A DNA stretch of 64,000 nucleotides from Octopus sinensis (Eukaryota). Position numbers and translations under genes: made by a program. This document shows, piece after piece, positions 1-15,251 of the stretch. The DNA is taken from NCBI RefSeq assembly GCF_006345805.1, contig NC_043015.1, positions 14,694,001 through 14,758,000 on the forward strand, given 5' to 3'. The notes under the pieces were generated by a model that was not told the DNA's origin, ran no database searches, and saw nothing but the letters and a program-made list of their open reading frames with translations. The first letter of the stretch is position 1. Every line of letters begins with the position of its first letter.

Positions 1-1012
1 GTCAAGTTCAGTAACAAATATGTGAAGTAAGTTTCCATAACTTTGTGTCGAGCTCATTTATGACTCCATCAATGTATGGATATGTTATGTTTGAGATATG
101 ATTTCAAATCTAATTCACTACCAGTTCTGTAGTCTTGATTATTTAAGTTTATCTCTTTGCTTAGATAGCAAAGTGATCTGAAATTTCTACTACTAGTTAT
201 GTCAGATGAGTATTTACAGAGTAAAATGATAGTTTCATCTCCAAGAAAGTAATTTCATTCTCTACCATACTCTTTAAAAATTATATATATATAACTAGTC
301 AGATTGCTATCTTTGTCTGCCTACATACACATGCAACTTGTGTAACAACTTTGTTTTACTTTCCACAATGTGGTTAAATTATATCAAGAAGTTATACTCT
401 AAATTTCAGACTGTTCCCCCCTCCATACACAAACACATTCACACGTATGTTTGTATCATATGTACATGTATATAATGTGATAAAACCCTTGAGAGTTAGA
501 AGACACTTTCACTTTAGTAAATGTATAATTCAGTTTGTCAGTGCACAATTTCTGTTGTTATATTGTTATATGTCTTTAGTTACTTATGTAAATAGCAACT
601 TATATGTTTTATATTCTTCTTCTCTCTTGGTACAAAGCCTGAGTTTTCTAACATAGAAATAAAATTGATCTCAAAATATTTAATTACTCATTTTATTGAG
701 TTAGAAAAGATTCATCCCAACTGGATTTAAATTTTGAACTTAGAAAAATAAACAATGATGACCTTTGATGTGTTTTAACAACCAACTCCAATCAGTTGGG
801 ATTCACAGTTTGAGCTGTGCTATTCATCCTTTTGATCATTGAATACAAAATGTGGCTCATGAGATCAGTGAAAAAATATGCAAGAGATACAGATATTATT
901 AAAAATAATAATATTACTATCCAGCAAGAATAAAGCACCATAAACGGTAGAATTATAAATACAAAGCAGAGATGTAGTGAATATTTTGAAATTTCGGTTG
1001 TTAATGATACAT

Positions 1013-1080
1013 TCAACTGAAGAGGACCATTCAGATTTGTGCCTACGCAGGTAATACAAAAGGTCTGAAACCTATATTCA
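1013..1080 (+). ncRNA. Degenerate hammerhead motif (stem III decayed)
   Basis: CTGAAGA 1017-23; GGACC(1024-28)/GGTCT(1062-66) stem II; GAAAC 1067-71; stems III and I are imperfect. Confidence 0.4.
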
Positions 1081-1786
1081 CCACCTGCAAATGTCTCTGC
1101 CTATAAACATTCAGTGAAGCTCAACATAGCACTGATAACTTACTGGCTGCTATTTCTAGCAATGATTATACATCATGTACATTTTGCTTTATATATATAT
1201 ATATGATGCTTCTTGATGTAGCTTCTGATGAATTGTGTATTCTTCTTCCCTTTCCTCCATTATTCTTGGAGGCTCTGTAAATGTCATTGGCACTACACTT
1301 TCTCCTCAGACTAATCTAAAGTCATAAAAATTGTTAAATGGCTCTACCTTTAGCCATAATCACCATCTTGTGTAGTTGAAAATATTGATAAATGTCAGCC
1401 GTGTTATATACACTTTTTATCAGATAAACATTTTGGGTAAATATCAATCTTTGCACAATAGTTTAAAACATGGTAAATAAGCCAGAATTGAAATGAAAAG
1501 GTCAAGAAAAATGCTATGCATAATAAATCTAAATAATAGAAAACAGAAAAATGTAGAAATATATTTTTGTCATTCGTTTTTTATTAAAGACTTGTAACTT
1601 TATGGTCTTTTCTTTCATTTTGCTAACCAGGCATAAAATCACTTGGTCTTATCATTTAACATACCTTACCACATCCACATATCCACCTACTCCTAGTTGT
1701 GCCAATTTAGTGGTTTTATGCAAGTTGCTTCTGGTTGGCTGCCATATAATAAGTCATGAATAACATAATATATGATATGATATATA

Positions 1787-2003
1787 CAAAGGGGTGCTGA
1801 AAAGTTCATGGTTTTGGATAAAAGAAAATACAGGAGGATCAGTTAATTATAATTTTATTCAATATACTCTCCTCACAAATTCACACACTCATTGCAGCAG
1901 TCCTTCAGCTTTTCTAAGCCCTGTAAAAGAACTTGGAAGGTTGGGCCTCCACCCAGGCCTTTTGCGATACCCTTAAAGCCAGGAACTTTTCAGCACCCTT
2001 TTG
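1787..2003 (-). mobile_element. Mariner-derived MITE
   Basis: TIR gggtgctgaaaagttc / gaacttttcagcaccc with TA flanks; interior resembles a mariner transposase C-terminus. Confidence 0.8.
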
Positions 2004-3769
2004 TAATGTAATATATATAATATAATATATAACATAATATATAATATATAAAACTACACATGAGATGTAGATAAACATTTGTTTTGTTTTTGTTTTTAAA
2101 ACTGAAGAACTGAATATGTTTTGAATATCTTTTGCAAGGGTGATGAGTTGACAGAATTGTTACTGCACTGGGCAAAATTCTTAGTAGCATTTTGTCTGTC
2201 TTTATGTTCTGTGTTCAAATTCCTTTGAGGTCAACTTTGACTTTCATCCTTTCGGGGTCAATAAAATAAGTACCATTTGGGTGCTGGGGGTCAATGTAAT
2301 CAACTTTCAATTTACCCCCTCCCCTCAAATTGTTGGTCTTGTACCAAAATTTGAAACCAGTATCTTATCTTTTACTCATTCCAGTCATTGGTCTGCAGCC
2401 ATGCTGGAGTATTGTCTTGAAGGGTTTAATCAAAACAGATCAACCCCAAGATTTATTTTTAAAGTTTAGTACTTATTCTGTCAGTATCTGCTAAATTATG
2501 GAGATAAAAACAAACCAATACCACTTATCAAAGAGTTGGGGACAAACTCAAAGACACTCACATATGACAGTTTCTGTCTACCAGATTCACTCACAAGACT
2601 TTGGTTGGCACAGGGCTATAGTAGAAGACACTTGTGCCATACAGTTGGATTGAACCTGGAACCATTTGGTCCCAAAAAGCATCTTAACCACACAGCCACT
2701 CCTGCACTTATATAAATAATTAAAAATGTATTATTAAATTCAATTTATGGCTTAGATGAGCACAGCTATAGGTATAGCTATGTAGTTAAGTTTATTTTGT
2801 AGCTATGTGGATCTGGGTTTAATCACATTTTGTGACACCCTCAGTGTCGTGTACAGTTGACTTGAATTGACTAATATCCTTGATGTGGAATTTAGTTGAT
2901 GGAGATTGCAGAAGTCTATCATATGTGTGTGTTTGCATCTCTGTATATATTCACTGGTGTTCAGCTTCTGAATATCAAAGTGTAACCGTTTTAATGAATC
3001 TAGATCTATAAAATAAGTTCCAGACAGAAATATCTAGTGGTGGTGGTGGGGGTCACTATGAATGACTAAATCCATTTGAAGTTTATGCCCCGGTATGATT
3101 GCAATCCAACATCTGAAACCAGTCAAAGAATCTGAAATAGCTACTGAAAAGCCCAGTTAAGCAACTAATTACCTCAGTTACTTTTGATTTAGAGAAATAT
3201 AATTGACAATAAATATAACAACTGTTGTCCACAACCAAAAAACAAAAACAAAAAGAACCAATTCCTTCTCAAAGACTATTAGAAGTGATTACAATATTAA
3301 TGAGTGGGTTTCGTTAATTGAATTAATATACCCTGAGGCTGAATGAATGGATTTTATAATGAAATTCTTTATCTAAACAGAGTTATTAAATTTTCTTAAT
3401 CTATTTTAATTATTTTCATTTAAACTTTGATAAAATCATTTTTAGGGAAGTAATTTTTAATTTTGTTTCATATTTGATAGTTTTACTAACTTTATTAGCA
3501 TCAATGGTGTTGATTAGAATGTGGAAACGTATGAATACATCTGAAGTTGATTAAATACAGTAGTTTATTTTACAATGGGAAATGAACTAAACAATATATT
3601 TTACTGAATTATAAAATAATTAAAATGAATACCAGGTTCATCAATATAGATCTTTTTATTCAACAGACATAATGTAAAATTATGAACTGTTTTTTAAATT
3701 TGAATTCAGTTGAATATTTATTTTTACTTTACTACTCATATACATACATACACACACACACAAACACAC

Positions 3770-4414
3770 ATACACACATATATATATATTTAATCTTCCT
3801 TGCTTTTTTTCTTCAGTAAATTTTTGAATATCTTTCAATCAATATACTTGTAGAAAATGAAATTGGATTTTATTTAGTTTAAAGAAAATGTTCTTAATTC
3901 AAACCAAAGTAACCAATGTCTCTGATTTCATAAATAATAATTTGCTTTTTATTCCCCCCCCCCCCATGATCTACCCATCATGTCTGAACACAACTAGCTG
4001 GCATAGTACTATAGTTATCAGCACATACCATATTTTCCAGCATACAAATTGAATTTTTCAGACCAACATTTACAACCAAAAACAGAGGTTGACTTATACA
4101 CCAAGACATCTTTTAAGAACCAAAAATTCCATGTGAAATGCAGTGGGATTTGGAGAGATAGTGATGATGTTTAAATGCTTACACTACATACAACGTTGAC
4201 TTATATGCTGGAAAATACAGCAATACGCACCTGTAGCTATTTTATTTTGTTTACTTATGGACTAGAGCTGTTCAGTCTTTTCTCTCTGCTTCTTGGGTCA
4301 GTGAAGAAGTCATTGTTTGACTCATTCATGTTGATGCAGTACTTTGTCTGGGACTCATTTTATCAATCTCTGTCTATTGAATAGCTGAGTTTATACTGAG
4401 ATATGTCTTTCTTT

Positions 4415-4458
<44 letters not shown>

Positions 4459-5121
4459 CACACACACACACACACACATACACACATATATATATATTTA
4501 ATCTTCCTTGCTTTTTTTCTTCAGTAAATTTTTGAATATCTTTCAATCAATATACTTGTAGAAAATGAAATTGGATTTTATTTAGTTTAAAGAAAATGTT
4601 CTTAATTCAAACAAAGTAACCAATGTCTCTGATTTCATAAATAATAATTTGCTTTTTATTCCCCCCCCCCCCATGATCTACCCATCATGTCTGAACACAA
4701 CTAGCTGGCATAGTACTATAGTTATCAGCACATACCATATTTTCCAGCATACAAATTGAATTTTTCAGACCAACATTTACAACCAAAAACAGAGGTTGAC
4801 TTATACACCAAGACATCTTTTAAGAACCAAAAATTCCATGTGAAATGCAGTGGGATTTGGAGAGATAGTGATGATGTTTAAATGCTTACACTACATACAA
4901 CGTTGACTTATATGCTGGAAAATACAGCAATACGCACCTGTAGCTATTTTATTTTGTTTACTTATGGACTAGAGCTGTTCAGTCTTTTCTCTCTGCTTCT
5001 TGGGTCAGTGAAGAAGTCATTGTTTGACTCATTCATGTTGATGCAGTACTTTGTCTGGGACTCATTTTATCAATCTCTGTCTATTGAATAGCTGAGTTTA
5101 TACTGAGATATGTCTTTCTTT

Positions 5122-5130
<9 letters not shown>
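3770..5130. repeat. 707-bp tandem duplication
   Basis: Two copies differing by one 1-bp indel that I could see; junctions fall in (CA)n tracts. Confidence 0.95.
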
Positions 5131-5198
<68 letters not shown>

Positions 5199-5212
5199 TG
5201 CATACATACATA

Positions 5213-5592
5213 CACTTGCGTCAGAAATTAATTAGCACTTCTCAAATTTCTACATTAAATAGGTTAAATCAATTAACCTATGAGCTGTTCAAAACGTCTT
5301 ACGCGATGAGAAAACTTAGTATGGTGTGATTTCGGTCCTTGCGAGGCGCTACCTATATCTATTAAACAAAGGAAGATTTGTCTGCATCCGCACTCCAAGT
5401 TGTTGTTGCACTGCTATGTCAACATCATAAGGCTGTAGACTCTCAAACTGCTCTGCAAACAAAGTTACGTCATCGTTCTGCGCAACAGTGAACTCACAAC
5501 AAAGCAATAGTTCGAGATATGGCCACTAGGTGACAGCACATACCTTGAGTGAAGAGCAAATCAAGGGTGCTAATTAATTTCTGACTGTAGTG
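5213..5592. mobile_element. Tc1/mariner-type MITE
   Basis: TA-cacttgcgtcagaaattaattagcac ... gtgctaattaatttctgactgtagtg-TA. Confidence 0.75.
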
Positions 5593-6648
5593 TATATACA
5601 TACATACATATATACATACAATGGGCTATTGCACGATTTTCATCTATCAAATCTCATTTACATGATATTGGTTAACTCAAGGCTGTGATAGAAATCTATG
5701 CCCTAGATGTAAGATGCTGTGCAATAGAATTGAACCAGGCAACATGTGGTTGTAAAGTGAGATTCTTTCCCATAATTGTGTTGGCTTACTATATATTTGT
5801 TTCTTAATTTTTTTTTCTAAAACATTTCAGAAAATGTTTACTGGTTAATCTACATTTGATTTCCTTGCTGAGATGAAATCCATTTATATACATATTATTT
5901 CCATAATGATGACTTGTGTGTTTCAGATTTTCATTTTACTAGAAACAAGCTAGTAATTTATTGACTGCATTAAGACTATAAAGAATTACGATCAATCTGG
6001 TGTTATTCAATGATTTCAATTTTTATATTGTTGCTTTTATAAAAATCTTCATGAAGATGTTTTATAAAGAAAGATCTGTAATTTTCTCAAAGAATTGACT
6101 TTCATTTTATTTATTTACTTTTTTTTTTACATAAACTGGAAGATGATAAAAGTCGCTTAGCAATGAAAGTTCAGGGTGAAATATTTATTTGATATTTTGG
6201 TTTTAAGAAACTCTAATTATGAACAGAAAAAATGTTTTTCAAAAGGGTCAGTGAGCTGTGAATAATACTGAAGATTGTTATGTCATGTGGAGAGACACAC
6301 TGACTTACAAGGATATTGAAGCTCTGATATATTTAAATTATGTAATAAATCTATAACAAATTGAGGAGCTCATGACTATTATTAATCTATGGTTGTGGAT
6401 GCCTTATACATATTGTTTCTTTAATGCATTAAGTTATTGATCAGGTGACTGTCGTTGCTGAAAGATAAAGATCTTAACATAAATATTAATAACAACTGTC
6501 TGCATGTGTAGGTTTGTGAATAGAGCATTGCTACTACTCTGCAATTCTGAATTTGGCCTAAAACTATGTACATTTTCAGGAATATGATATCTTATGATGA
6601 TGTCAGATCAAACCAATTACAATATTCTGTAAATGTAAATGATGTGTG

Positions 6649-6694
<46 letters not shown>

Positions 6695-7722
6695 ATCTCT
6701 GTGATGAGATTAACAGTCTGAAAAATTATTATCTTAGTAGCAATAACTCAGAACATTAGACATTTAAAAAAAAAAAAAAAAAGACAATGTCTGTGTATAT
6801 TTGAAATCTTAAAATACTAAATTTATCTTCTGAAAATTCTTTCATTTCTCAAAAGTTTTTACATTCAACTTCAGTAATAGTTTCTGATCTAGGCACAAGG
6901 TCAGCAGTTTTGATGAGAAGCGGGGTAGGTCAAAATCATTGCCCCCTGTACATGACTCGTATTCTATTTTATTGACTAGTTGACTATGGTAGGATTTGAA
7001 CTAAGAAATCAGATCATAAAGAGCCGAAAGAAATACTGCAGATTACTTTTTCCAATGCTCTAATTATTTTTCCAGCTTGTGCTGCTGTGGTTAAACAATC
7101 AATTTTAATATTTATAGTTTAATTTCTCTCTCTCTCTTTTTCTTCATAAGCTTAATGGAATATCAATAGCTTTAATTTTCTCTTTCGTTCTAATCATGAA
7201 TTTCTCTTCTCATTGTTGTTTAGTCCCAGGTCAATTCTGACTGAACAGATCTTATGATCAAAGGCATTCAAACCATAACCATTGGGTCTTTAATTTAATT
7301 GTCTACAACTACATTGACTGATGTGCCCCTGCCTTTTCAAGATGGCAGTGTGCAATTTGAGGAAGATTTGACTGGTATTTCTAGCAGATTGAGTGACTAA
7401 CCTGTAGTTTAAGGAGTTGACTGTTCACAACTATTAGACATACATTTCAGATTAATCTTTCTCACTCTTAATTAAAGGCTTCTTTAACAATATGGTAGGA
7501 ATTCTTGATTTCTTAGGGAACAAATTATTAAAATTCTATTATTTCTTGTAGAATCTGTACAGTAAATTACTACAGTGCTATCCTCTTCTCTCTCCACTTG
7601 TTATTGGATATATTTATCACCTTACATCAAGAATATTTGGCACATATAAAAAATGGCAGAATTTATGGAGGTAATCGAACATGGTAGATAATTCCTAGTT
7701 TACTTAAGATTGATTACTATAT

Positions 7723-7967
7723 TACTCTCTTTTTACTCTTTACTCTTTTACTTGTTTCAGTCATTTGACTGTGGCCATGCTGGAGCACCACCTTTGGTCG
7801 AGCAAATCGACCCCAGGACTTATTCTTTGTAAACCTAGTACTTATTCTATTGTTCTCTTTTGCTGAACCGCCAAGTTACGGGGACGTAAACACACCAGCA
7901 TCAGTTGTCAAGCGATGTTGAGGGGAAAAACACAGACACACAAACATACACACACACACACATATAT

Positions 7968-8009
<42 letters not shown>

Positions 8010-8176
8010 ACACAACAGGACTCTTTCAGTTTCCGTCTACCAAATCCACTCACAAGGCTTCGGTCGGCTCGAAGCTATAGTAGAAGATACTTGCCCAAGG
8101 TGCCATGCAGTGGGACTGAACCTGGAACCATGTGGTTCGTAAGCAAGCTACTTACCACACAGCCACTCTTATGCCT
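7723..8176 (-). mobile_element. SINE family A, full length
   Basis: Same head, body and tail. Confidence 0.85.
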
Positions 8177-11100
8177 ATTAGGAAACTTAAATCAAACTTC
8201 TTATTGAAATCATGTTATTTCTCTTATACTCTGTGGAAATAAATATACAATTCAAAAGACCACTTCAAATTTTTAACACTGTATCCTTTTAAATATGTTC
8301 AGACATTCAAGTTATTAATTATCCTTAATCTCTACCTTTGTTGGAAGAATTCAGTTAGGACTTCCATCAGAAATGTATTGCATGATCTCATCGTGTTTTT
8401 TCCCTATACATGTATGAATGAGTTAATATCTAATAACAAAGGAATTTTCTTTAATTTAGTGATTTAAATTACGGAACGTAATGTTAAGTAGTTACATAGT
8501 AAATAACAATTATTCTTTATTTTATATTCTAGTCATATGCTAGGAATTTCTCTTCAGGAAACCTTTATGATAATGCATCTGATATAAACAGGATCTTGTA
8601 TTTAAAGTAAAGTCATCAGTCTACTTACTGAACTTATTGTTAGCTTGACACTGTCTTCATGTGATCACATTTGTAGGATTAATTATAGATGGAAGATTGA
8701 AAATAGAACAAATGTTTTGAATTTTAGCTATTAAGAATGTTATTATTGAATGGTGAAGAATACCCTTTTATTTCTGATTAATATTTTCATGCAGAATGCT
8801 GAAAACCTGCTACAGACCTCAGTTCTTATTTCTTCTGTAAAAATGATCAATATTCATTATGTTATATTCTACAACATCTTGCCTGCATATCCATTTTTGT
8901 CTATGAGCTCTTTTCATCTCCACTGCCTAAATTGTCATATAAACAAAAAATTCCATTAGTATGTGTGAGTTTAGTGTTTTGCTTGATGCATTCTTGGAAT
9001 CAATGATAAAGAATGAATTTTGTTGTAACAACAAATAACATAAGAAACTGTATTGTGTTAAGGTTTTCTCAAATTTGTTGTTATTTGAGAAGTCAGAAAT
9101 TATGTCATGAAATATATGGCTTCCATGCCAGAAGGAACAATACCACAACATACATAATAATCAATTTTCATTTATTCATTTGAAGGCTGTTATATAAGAC
9201 TGTCTCACAGATGTAAAGACAAATATAATATGCAAGTGATAAAAATGCTCATGAAGTAGTGCTAAAAATAAATGAATGATAAAACAAAATGTGTTGTATG
9301 AAATATGACACCTTAACTTTACTGTCTTATATTAATATCAGGTCAGTTTTACTGTTCAGTACATGAATGGGGATTTTTAACTTTAAGAAATGGTCACAAA
9401 AATATATGGGAGGGTATAGTAGATTAAAGTGACCCCTAATGCATTACTGGTAATTATTTCATTGACTTCAAAAGGATAAAATGTGAAGCTGGTCAAAACA
9501 AGATTTGAACCAAGAATGTAAGCATATGAGAATAAGCACTATGCTACATTCTGGTAATTTTATCACTTTCCCACCTGCTCAATAGATCTACTATTGAGTG
9601 CACAACAAGAGATAGACATTTTTGAATTATATATAATATTATAATGAAATATCAAATAGTATGAGCAGAGAATATAAACAAAGCTAGTTTACAGAGATAC
9701 AATAACATCATTTAAAAGCAAATGACATAAAAAATCAGCTTTGTTATGAACGCTTAAATTTGTTAGTAAATGTTATGTCCATGTTGCAAAGATTCAGTCT
9801 ATTAGCAAAAGAAGAGTTTAAATGGTTTTTGCTGGTATAGTTCAAGAGTGGAGAGCCATTTCAGTATCAAGAGCAAATTGCAAGATTTAGTGGGGCGTGG
9901 CATATCTGTTTGGAGTAAAATAACAAATCCTTAATTTTACAAATTAATAGATTTTTTTAATCTTTTGTTTGTTTTGATCATTGGACAGTGGCCATGTTGA
10001 AGCACCACCTTGAAGAATTTAGTTGAACAAAATGAACCCAGATCTTATTTTTTAAGCCTGGTACCTTATTTCTTAAGCCCCCTTTTTGCCAAACTGCTAA
10101 GTTACATGGACATAAACAAGCCAACATCCTGGTTGTCAAGCAACAGTGGGTTGATACACATACACACACACACACCCTTTCTCCATCCATCCATTTCTCT
10201 TTCCTCTGTCTCTCTGTGTCTATCTATCTACCAAATTTATTTCACTTACAGGACATTGGTTGAGCTGGGTCTATAGTATAAGACACTTGCCCAAGGTGCT
10301 ATGCAGAGGAACTGAACTTGAAACCATATGGTTACAATGAAAAGCTTGTTAACCATGCAGCCATGCTTGCACCTGTATGCAACTTAGATTAAAATATTGG
10401 AAGAATCTTTGGCGAAGTGCTTAGCGTTAGTTTGTCTGTCTTTACGTTCTGAGTTCAAATTCCACCTAGGTTGACTTTGCCTTTCATCCTTTCAGGGTTG
10501 ATAAATTAAGTACCAGTTGTGTACTGAGATCGATCTAATCGTTTGGCTCTGTCCTCCAAAATGTTGAGCCTTGTGCCTAGAGTAGAAATTGTCTTTATGT
10601 ACTGAGTTGAAATTCCTCTGATGTCAACTTTGCCTTTCATCCTATTGGGGTTGATGAAATAAGTACCATTTGAGCAATAGGGTTGATTTAATCAACTGGC
10701 CGTCACCTCAAATTTTCAGACCTTGTACCTATGGTAGAAAGAATTAAAATTCTGTTTTGGTCTCAAGGGAGAAACTGTTTTTATCATATGGACTATTTTT
10801 AGAGATTTAATCAAACAGGCAATTTTCATTTTAAATGAGGTTGAAATGTTGTCTATTATAGTAGAACCACTGGAGTAGTTGTTTTTTTTTTTTTACTTTG
10901 TTTTAAACAAGGATGTTAAACAGGATTGTTAATTTCTGCCTCTTCTCCAATGAATGTGTATCAATTTTTTTATGTCTGGTTGTGCAACAGTTAATGTAAC
11001 TGTTGTCATTTAGAAAATAACAAATGTCAATTTGAACTTGATCTGTATCTGTAAATAAAGCATTTCCAAATAATGATTGAAAAAAAAAAAGGAGAAAACA

Positions 11101-12704
11101 CATTAATATTCTTGTTTACTAGTGATAACTACCAACATTCTTCTAAAAATGAATTATTTATTTTGTCAGACGGGTGAAGTTTATAAAAAAGAATAATGCC
11201 TTCTTATCAACTATTCATAACCGATGCACCTAAAACTGATATTATGTTGCATGTCAATTGAATTTAAAACTGGTCTGTAGTTGCATGACATATGGATTTA
11301 AAAACTAGTTTGGTGCTGTATGACAATATAGACCTAAAAATAAATAGTGCATAAACAAATGAATTCAGTTAAAGTAATCACAATATAAGAAAACATTAAC
11401 ATTTATTAGAAATCAAAAGTTTTTATTGGGTTCGATTTCCAATTATTGCCATGTTTTATTTGATATTGAACACAATGCAGAAAGATACAGCAAGCTCTTC
11501 TATCTAATGTCATTATTTGTATGAATGAGGGTTGGGGCATCAGAATTGGTAGAGCATGAGATAAATTTTGTTTTCGTATTTGATTTGCAAAGGCCTTGAT
11601 GTGAACTTCTGTGTTGAAACAAGTTTTATTGTATCTTGGGAGTGTCATTATATCAATAAAAACACCCCACACTGGTTATATTTCACTTCTTTTATTATTA
11701 TTTGTTATTTCATTTCACCAATTAACAAATTGATTGTGTGATTAATTGTTCTGTCAATCAACTAATCAGCTAGGCTCATCAGAGTTCACTCATTGCCATT
11801 CATGACCTCATCAATAACACAGTGATTAGTTAACTGATTACATTCATTAATAAGCACAAGCATGGCTGTGTGTAAGAAGCTTGCTTCCCAACCACATGGT
11901 TCTAGGTTTAGTCCCACTTTGTGCCACCTTGAGCAAGTATCTTCTACTATAGCCTCAGTTTGACCAAAGCCTTGCGAGTGGATATGGTAGATAGAAACTC
12001 AAAGAAGCCTGTCATATATGTGTGTGTGCATGTGTGTGGGTTTGTCCCCCACTACTGCTTGACAACCAGTGTTGGTGTGTTTACATCCCTGTAATTTAAC
12101 GGTTCAGAAAGAGATCTATAGAATAGATCTATGAAGATATCTATAGAATAAGTATTAGATTAAAAAGAAAATGTCCTGGGGTCAATTTGTTTCACTTAAT
12201 ACCCTTCAAATCTGTGCTCCAGCATGGCCACAGCCAAATGATTGAAGCAAATAAAATCAAGAACAAAAAAAAAATGCTAACAAAATGACCAAGTAAAAGA
12301 AGTGAAATAGAACCTGTGCATGTGTTTATTAGCATAATGACCCACCTAAGATAAAACAAAGCAAAATCAAATAGTAAATTACTTTGTAGTATTTAGCTAC
12401 ATTTCATTGTTTTGACTTTAAATGCTGCTGAGATCCCGTTTTCCCTTTCTTCCTTTCTCTCCAGTCAAGACATCTACTTGTGTCTGTTGTTTTGTGTCTA
12501 TCTTTTATCTTCTATCACATCTTTTACTTGTTTCAGTCATTTGACTGTGCCCCTGCTGGGGCACCACCTTGAAGGGTTTTTTCAGTTGAACAAATTGACC
12601 CCAGGACTTTTAAAAAAAAAAAATCCTAGTACACTTTTGCCAAACTGTTAAGTTACAGGGACATAAACAAATCAGCACTGGTTATGAAGCAGTGGTGGGG
12701 AACG

Positions 12705-12740
<36 letters not shown>

Positions 12741-14184
12741 TGACAGATTTCTTTCAGTTTCCATCTACCAAATTCACTCACAAGGCTTTGTTTGGCCCAG
12801 GATTATAGTAGAAGACACTTGCCCAATGTGCTATGCAGTAGGACTGAACCCAGAACTATGTGGTTGGGAAGCAAGCTTCTTACCACATAACCATGCCTGC
12901 ACTTACGATAGGAATCATTATATCTATCAACTACAATTTTATTTTCTAGCTTTCATGTATTACTTTCAAATATATTTTCTCTTGTTTATTTCCATGTTAT
13001 ATTCACTAATAGTATCCTTAAACTATTTTATCCCACTGGCCATTGTGGTTTTCTACCCTCATATATACATCAATGGTCATGGATGAAGGCAACATGTAAC
13101 ACTTTTAATTACCAAATAATTTCTTGAATTCATTTGAGCATACTTTATCTGACAATTTCCTGTTAAACAAGCAGTGTATCAGACTCAGTTCATTCCATCA
13201 TGGATGTAAAGGTCTGCTTTTATTTCTAACTTTTACTATAAAATTTTATTGCCATTAAGAATAATTAGCTATACAGACACAAGCTTCATAGAAAACAGTG
13301 TTTTAGAAAATTCTTTTGAAAGCCTAAGTTGTGTGAGAATTTCCTGAATTATTGTAAACCCCTACTGTTCTATCCACATTGATCTCTTTATCATTACATT
13401 GACCATGTTTCAGTCTACTTGCATTTCTCTGTGTTTTATTATTTCTTAGCCAATATTATATCACATTTAGATGATTTCAATATCACTCCCGAGAAATATA
13501 TAAAAAATATGAAATTGCAGCATAGAGCTGCAATTTCATATCTTTTTTTAATAATGTTTAGCACTTTATCTAATTAAGAAATTCCCTATTTAGTTAGATA
13601 CTATAGTAATATATGAGTCATAGTATTTTATTTTCTAGAATGATTATTAGATTTATGTGTGAAATCATTGAATTTATTTGTCAATTCTCAGAAGAGTTAT
13701 TTTTCTATTTCATTGTATCAAGAGGCCTTGTAATTTGACCTATTCATGCTATATCACAAATTCTTTGGTCTTTAGTCATCTAAGAATTCAGTAATATTAT
13801 TTCTAGGATTTCACTATGATGTGCTGACACATGTATCTTTGTTATTTGTTTATACCTGTCTGGTACTTTCATAATGCAAATCATGATACTTTAATATCAT
13901 TATTGGCAAAAGTTATTTTAATATTACTTGTAATAATTCTCCAAAGATTACTGGACTATTGCAATAAATTTTTTATTGGACTTTTAAATATTTATTTTAT
14001 ATTTTATTTCACAATTTGTGGTGTACAAGTTTGCAATAGGTCAGTCGCTGGTTCACTGCATTTGTGATAGTGAGAGTGTCAAGGGATTGTCTATGTACTT
14101 GTTTGTTGTTTTTCTTGATATTTACATCTGCTGATGTACATTAATAAAAGATACACATAAATGAACATGTGCATGCATGCATGT

Positions 14185-14222
<38 letters not shown>

Positions 14223-14439
14223 TTGCTTTTTACCTTTTTTATCTTTTATTTGTTTCATTCATTGCTGGGTCTCTGCCTTCAAGAATTCAGTCAAACAAAT
14301 TGACCCCAGTACTTATTTTTTTATGCCTGGCCCTAATTCTATCATTCTCTTTTTGTCAAATCACTAGTTACAGGGACCAACCCAATTGTCAAGCAGTGGT
14401 AGGGATCAAACAAAGATACACACACACACACACACACGT

Positions 14440-14760
14440 GAAGGTACATGGCTAAGTGGTTAGAGAATTGGACTTACTATTGCGAGGTTGTGAATTTGAT
14501 TCCTTGGCTGGGCTGCGTGTTGTGTTCTTGAGCAAGACACTTTATTTCACGCTGCTCCAGTTCACTCAGCTGTAGAAATGAGTGCCAAGCTGTATCAGCC
14601 TTTGCCTTTCCCTTGGACAAAATTGGTGGCATGAAGAGGGGAGACTAATATGCATTGGTTGACTACTGGTCTTCTACAAACAACCTTTCTCAAACTTGTG
14701 CCTTGAAGGGGAACTATTTAGGTACTATCCCATGGTCATTCATGACTAAAGGGGGTCTTT
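14440..14760 (+). mobile_element. SINE family C
   Basis: tRNA-like head plus gttgtgttcttgagcaagacacttt...cactcagctgtagaaatgagt (Deu/Nin-like domain by recall); relatives at ~30477-30765(-), ~48170-48470(-) and ~59640-59900(-). Confidence 0.6.
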
Positions 14761-14764
14761 ACCT

Positions 14765-14840
14765 TCTATCTATCTGTCTGTCTGTATGTCTGCTTGTCTG
14801 CCTGTCTATCTACCTGTCTGTCTGCCTGTCTATCTATCTA

Positions 14841-14879
<39 letters not shown>

Positions 14880-15068
14880 GCCTGTCTATCTGTCTGTCTG
14901 TCTGTCTGCCTATCTATCTGTCTGCCTGTCTATCTATCTATCTATCTATCTGTCTGTCTGCATGTCTGTCTATCTATCTGTCTGTCTGTCTATCTATCTG
15001 TCTGTCTGTCTGTCTGTCTATCTGTCTGCCTGTCTATCTATCTGTCTGTCTGTCTATCTATCTGTCTG

Positions 15069-15099
<31 letters not shown>

Positions 15100-15124
15100 G
15101 TCTGTCTGCCTGTCTATCTATCTA

Positions 15125-15155
<31 letters not shown>

Positions 15156-15210
15156 GTCTACCTGTCTGTCTATCTATCTGTCTACCTGTCTGTCTATCTA
15201 TCTGTTTACC

Positions 15211-15251
<41 letters not shown>

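Noticed and set aside
4175-5091. Two identical 69-aa ORFs
   Set aside because: Consequence of the tandem duplication; no coding signal
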